Both the position numbers and the translations under genes were made by a program. A stretch of DNA of 64,000 nucleotides from an uncultured delta proteobacterium (lineage in GTDB: Bacteria; Myxococcota_A; Polyangia; Polyangiales; Polyangiaceae), in NCBI GenBank assembly GCA_963850305.1, contig CAWKKR010000004.1:352001-416000 (forward strand), written 5' to 3'. Position 1 is the stretch's first letter. Every line of letters starts with the position of its first letter. The notes under the pieces are model-generated. The model made no database searches, had not been told where the DNA came from, and worked only from the letters and a program-made list of their open reading frames with translations. Shown piece by piece: positions 60,808-64,000 of the stretch.

Positions 60808-62208
60808 TCACCCGTCCGGATAAAGCGCCCCGGGATTCATGAACCCGACGGGATCGAGCGCGTCCTTCACCGCGCGAAGTGCGGCGAGCCCGGGCCCGCC
60901 GAGCTCCCTCGCGAGCCACTCCTTTCGGATGCGCCCGATACCGTGGTGGTGCGCGATGCCGCCGCCTCCATCGATCGTCGCCGCCATGACCCGGCGCCAG
61001 CAGTCCAGATACGTCTCGCGCATGTCGTCTTTCGCGGCCGGGTGCGCGGCGAACGTGAAGTACAGGTTCACGCCCGAGCGGTACGCGTGCGAGCTGTGCG
61101 CGGACGCCGTGAGCAAGCCGGAGACGCCGCGCAGCGACGCGAGAACGTCGCGATAGATGGCGCCGATGCGATCCCAGGTCGCCGCGATCTCGACGGTGTC
61201 GAGCACGACCCCGTTTTCGAGGAACTGGAGGAACGATGGCACGTGGTTGCGCTCCGCGAGCCAACGTTCCGTCGCTCCAGGCGACGCTGGAACTGCACCC
61301 ATGGCGGCCGCGAGCTCCGCGACGGCGCGCGCTTCGACCTCGGCGCAGACCGCGGGCCCCTCATGGACGGCGAGGAGCAGTGCGTCGTCGCCGCGCGCGT
61401 GAGCGGAGAACATGCGTTGCGCCTCGGTGGAATCGTACTGGCGCAGCACGACGGGGCGGAAGCCTCGCGCGACGATCTCGCGCTGAAGCGCGAAGCCGGC
61501 ATCCATGTCCGCAACGTGAAAGGCCGCGAGCGCGCGTTTCTCCGGGATGCGCCGGACCGACAGAGTGACGCGCGTGATGATCCCGAGCGTCCCCTCGCTG
61601 CCGAGCAGGAGGTGTCGCAGGTCGGGCCCAGTCGATGCGCGGGGAGTCTCCCGCGTCTCGAGCACGTCGCCGCTCGGGAGAACGGCCTGGAGCGAGAAAA
61701 GCACGTCCTCGATGTTGCCGTAGCCCGTCGAGAACTGGCCCGCCGCACGAGTTGCAACCCAGCCGCCGACGCTGCTCACACCGATCGACTGCGGGTAGTG
61801 CCCGAGAGTGAGTCCGTGCGCGTTCAGCGTCGCCTCCGCGTCCGTGCCGCGAACGCCGGCCTCGAATGTCCCGAGGAGATTCTCGCCGTCGACGCGCTGC
61901 ACACGGCACATGGCACCGAGGTCGAGAACGACCGCGTCCTGCGACGCCACGACGCCTCCGCACACCCCGCTTCCCAGTCCGAAGGGGATCAATGGCGTGC
62001 GCGTCTCCCTGCACGCATTCACGGTCGCAACGACGTCCGCGGTCTCGGTCGGCCGGACCACGCAGGCCGGGGCAGGCGGCGGGGCACCCACCAGATCCTC
62101 CAGCTGCGAGAGCATCCAGTAGTCGTGACGGCGCGCCTGCGTCACGGCCGCGTCGACGACGACCTTGCCGTCGCCGAGGGCGGTCCGGAGCCGGTCGAAG
62201 ACGGTCAC
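60808..62208 (-). CDS. FAD-binding oxidoreductase, alkyl-DHAP synthase (AGPS)-like
   Basis: GHYPQS...SSVGGWVATRAAGQFSTGYGNIED, PRASTGPD, GSEGTLG, HSSHAY and HHHGIG; GTG start overlaps upstream stop. Confidence 0.82.
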   Translation of the reverse strand: MTVFDRLRTALGDGKVVVDAAVTQARRHDYWMLSQLEDLVGAPPPAPACVVRPTETADVVATVNACRETRTPLIPFGLGSGVCGGVVASQDAVVLDLGAMCRVQRVDGENLLGTFEAGVRGTDAEATLNAHGLTLGHYPQSIGVSSVGGWVATRAAGQFSTGYGNIEDVLFSLQAVLPSGDVLETRETPRASTGPDLRHLLLGSEGTLGIITRVTLSVRRIPEKRALAAFHVADMDAGFALQREIVARGFRPVVLRQYDSTEAQRMFSAHARGDDALLLAVHEGPAVCAEVEARAVAELAAAMGAVPASPGATERWLAERNHVPSFLQFLENGVVLDTVEIAATWDRIGAIYRDVLASLRGVSGLLTASAHSSHAYRSGVNLYFTFAAHPAAKDDMRETYLDCWRRVMAATIDGGGGIAHHHGIGRIRKEWLARELGGPGLAALRAVKDALDPVGFMNPGALYPDG

Positions 62209-63770
62209 GTCGCGCGAAGCTCGCGTTTCAATATCTTGCCCGTCGCATTCTTGGGGAGCTCCGCACGCGTCTCGACGTGTCGCGGCACCTTGAACGCGGC
62301 GAGGTGCTCCCGGCAAAAGTCCGCAATTTCCTTCGGTTCCGTGCTCTGACCCGGTCGAAGCACGAGAATCGCCTTCACGGACTCACCCTGATACTCGTCG
62401 GGAACGCCGACGACCGCGGCGTCGAGCACCTTCGGGTGACGGAGAAGGACGTTCTCCACCTCGATCGGATAGACGTTGAACCCGCTGACGAGGATCATGT
62501 CCTTCTTGCGATCGACGATCGTGTAATACCCGTCCGCGTCCACCCGGCCGAGATCGCCGGTGTGGAACCATCCCCCACCGAGAGCCTCCGCGGATTCGGC
62601 TGGGCGCTTCCAGTAGCCTCGAAAGACGTTGGGACCGCGTGCGAGGATCTCGCCCACTTCGCCGGGAGCGACGTCCCTGCCCTGCTCGTCGACGAGGCGC
62701 AACTGGACGCCAGGGATGGGGGGGCCGACCGAGCCGGGCTTGTTCACGGGACCGGCGGCATTCGAGCAGAGCGTCGGCGCGGTTTCACTCAAGCCATAGC
62801 CCTCGCAGATCTCGACGCCCGTCCGTGCCCTGAAACGCTCCAGGATCACGACGGGTAGAGGGGCCGCGCCCGAAAAGGCGAGACGGAGCGAGGACACGTC
62901 GACGTCCTCGAGGCCCGGCGTGTTGACGAACGCGAAGTACATCGGAGGCGCGCCGTAGAACACGGTCACCCGGTGCCGCTCCATGAGCGAGAAGACCCGC
63001 GCCGCATCGAAACGCGAGACGAGCACGAACGGCGTCGCCCCGAGCAGGGCGCGGTTCAGAGCGAGGTTCAGAGCGTACGCGTGAAACAGCGGCAGCACGA
63101 GAAGAGCGACATCCTCTTCGGTGGCAGGGGGCACGCCCGGCAGATCGAGCGTGTTGTCGATGACGGCCAAGACGTTCGCGTGGGACACCATGGCCCCCTT
63201 GGGCTTGCCGGTGGTTCCCGAGGTGTACTGGATGAACGCGATGGCGTGCTTGTCCACCGGGATTGACGGACGCGACTCCGCGGCTCGCGCCTTGAACCCG
63301 TCGTAGCCGACGACACCCGGTGTCGCCTCCTTGCCGATGGCGACGATCTCGCGAAGCTCGGGCAGCGACGAGCGCAGTCCGGCGATCTTCGGCGTCAGAT
63401 CGGCACGGGTGAACACGACCTTGGCGCCGCTGTCCGCGAGGATGTGCGCCATCTCCTCGGCCGTGTACATCACGTTGGTCCCCACGAGCGTCGCCCCGGC
63501 CCGCATGACGCCCTGGTAGACCTCGATGAACTCGGGCCGGTTGTCCACGTGGATCGCAACGCGATCTCCCGGTGTCACACCGAGATCGACGAGCGCGTTC
63601 GCCACGCGGTTCGCGGCGCGGTCGAGCTCCGCGTACGTGATCCGACGCTCCTCGAAATAGATCGCGACCCGATCTCCATCGATGGACAGACCGACGGAAA
63701 GTACGTCTGCCAGCGTTTCTCGTTCGCGATCCCGGCGCGACAGGCACTCCAGCGCCCACGGTGAAATCAT
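62205..63770 (-). CDS. Long-chain fatty acid-CoA ligase
   Basis: YTSGTTGKPKG, LPLFH, EGYGLSE, TGDLG, DRKKDMI and TGKILK. Confidence 0.95.
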   Translation of the reverse strand: MISPWALECLSRRDRERETLADVLSVGLSIDGDRVAIYFEERRITYAELDRAANRVANALVDLGVTPGDRVAIHVDNRPEFIEVYQGVMRAGATLVGTNVMYTAEEMAHILADSGAKVVFTRADLTPKIAGLRSSLPELREIVAIGKEATPGVVGYDGFKARAAESRPSIPVDKHAIAFIQYTSGTTGKPKGAMVSHANVLAVIDNTLDLPGVPPATEEDVALLVLPLFHAYALNLALNRALLGATPFVLVSRFDAARVFSLMERHRVTVFYGAPPMYFAFVNTPGLEDVDVSSLRLAFSGAAPLPVVILERFRARTGVEICEGYGLSETAPTLCSNAAGPVNKPGSVGPPIPGVQLRLVDEQGRDVAPGEVGEILARGPNVFRGYWKRPAESAEALGGGWFHTGDLGRVDADGYYTIVDRKKDMILVSGFNVYPIEVENVLLRHPKVLDAAVVGVPDEYQGESVKAILVLRPGQSTEPKEIADFCREHLAAFKVPRHVETRAELPKNATGKILKRELRAT

Positions 63771-64000
63771 GAATCCCGCTCCGTTTCACCGGGCCGCTTC
63801 ATGAACCAGAGCTTCACCTCGACGCCCGGCAAAGTCTCCTCGGACGTTACCGCGTAGCCGTGTTTCTCGTACAGACGAACGCTCGTTGCCTTGTCCGTTT
63901 CCAGATAGCACGGCATTTTCAGAGAGCGCGCGCTGAGGGACCGGAGAAGCTCCGAACCGAGTCCCTGCCCCTGGCATTCCGGTTCGACCCCGAGGATCCA
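63767..64000 (-). CDS. GNAT acetyltransferase, 3' part (runs off the window)
   Basis: WILGVEPECQGQGLGSELL (motif A) and YLET...RLYEKHGY; ATGA overlap with the ligase. Confidence 0.8.
   Translation of the reverse strand, partial: WILGVEPECQGQGLGSELLRSLSARSLKMPCYLETDKATSVRLYEKHGYAVTSEETLPGVEVKLWFMKRPGETERDS

Noticed and set aside
845..62349. Very long antisense or alternate-frame ORFs (e.g. 3256-6255, 5951-8545, 56947-59412, 59668-62349)
   Set aside because: They shadow clear genes on the opposite strand and are expected in high-GC DNA with few stop codons.

Overview
High-GC bacterial chromosomal DNA with a myxobacterial (Myxococcota, Polyangiaceae/Sorangium-like) gene repertoire: Cys-rich Gly/Ser-linker lipoproteins, eukaryote-like Ser/Thr kinases, a TPR-PEGA protein and a MYXO-CTERM-like tail. 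The taxonomic call is an inference from gene families only. Most of the window is housekeeping and lipid metabolism (pyk, gluQ, greB, SCP2-type thiolase, ClC channel, egtD, gltA, acyl-CoA ligase, AGPS-like flavoprotein). No rRNA, tRNA, CRISPR array or intact transposase was seen. The main result is a cellulose/beta-glucan locus at about 32.6-42.5 kb. It encodes a GH6 cellobiohydrolase lipoprotein, a TolB-like lipoprotein, a translationally coupled four-gene cassette (ECF sigma, FecR/TPR anti-sigma, outer-membrane barrel-like protein, and a GH5 lipoprotein with a degenerate active site), and a second, intact GH5. The GH6, TolB-like and intact GH5 genes each carry an identical bipartite motif, TGAGCC-N17-CGAC, just before the start codon, and a variant precedes the sigma gene. 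I interpret this as a candidate trans-envelope polysaccharide-sensing system that uses a pseudo-cellulase as sensor, together with its ECF regulon. A second odd region (27.4-29.9 kb) holds a small basic orphan gene with an 11-bp-phased repeat array upstream, outward-facing REP-like repeats, and several gene remnants. Six or seven single-base frameshifts, mostly in short homopolymers, suggest long-read or assembly indel errors rather than real pseudogenes.
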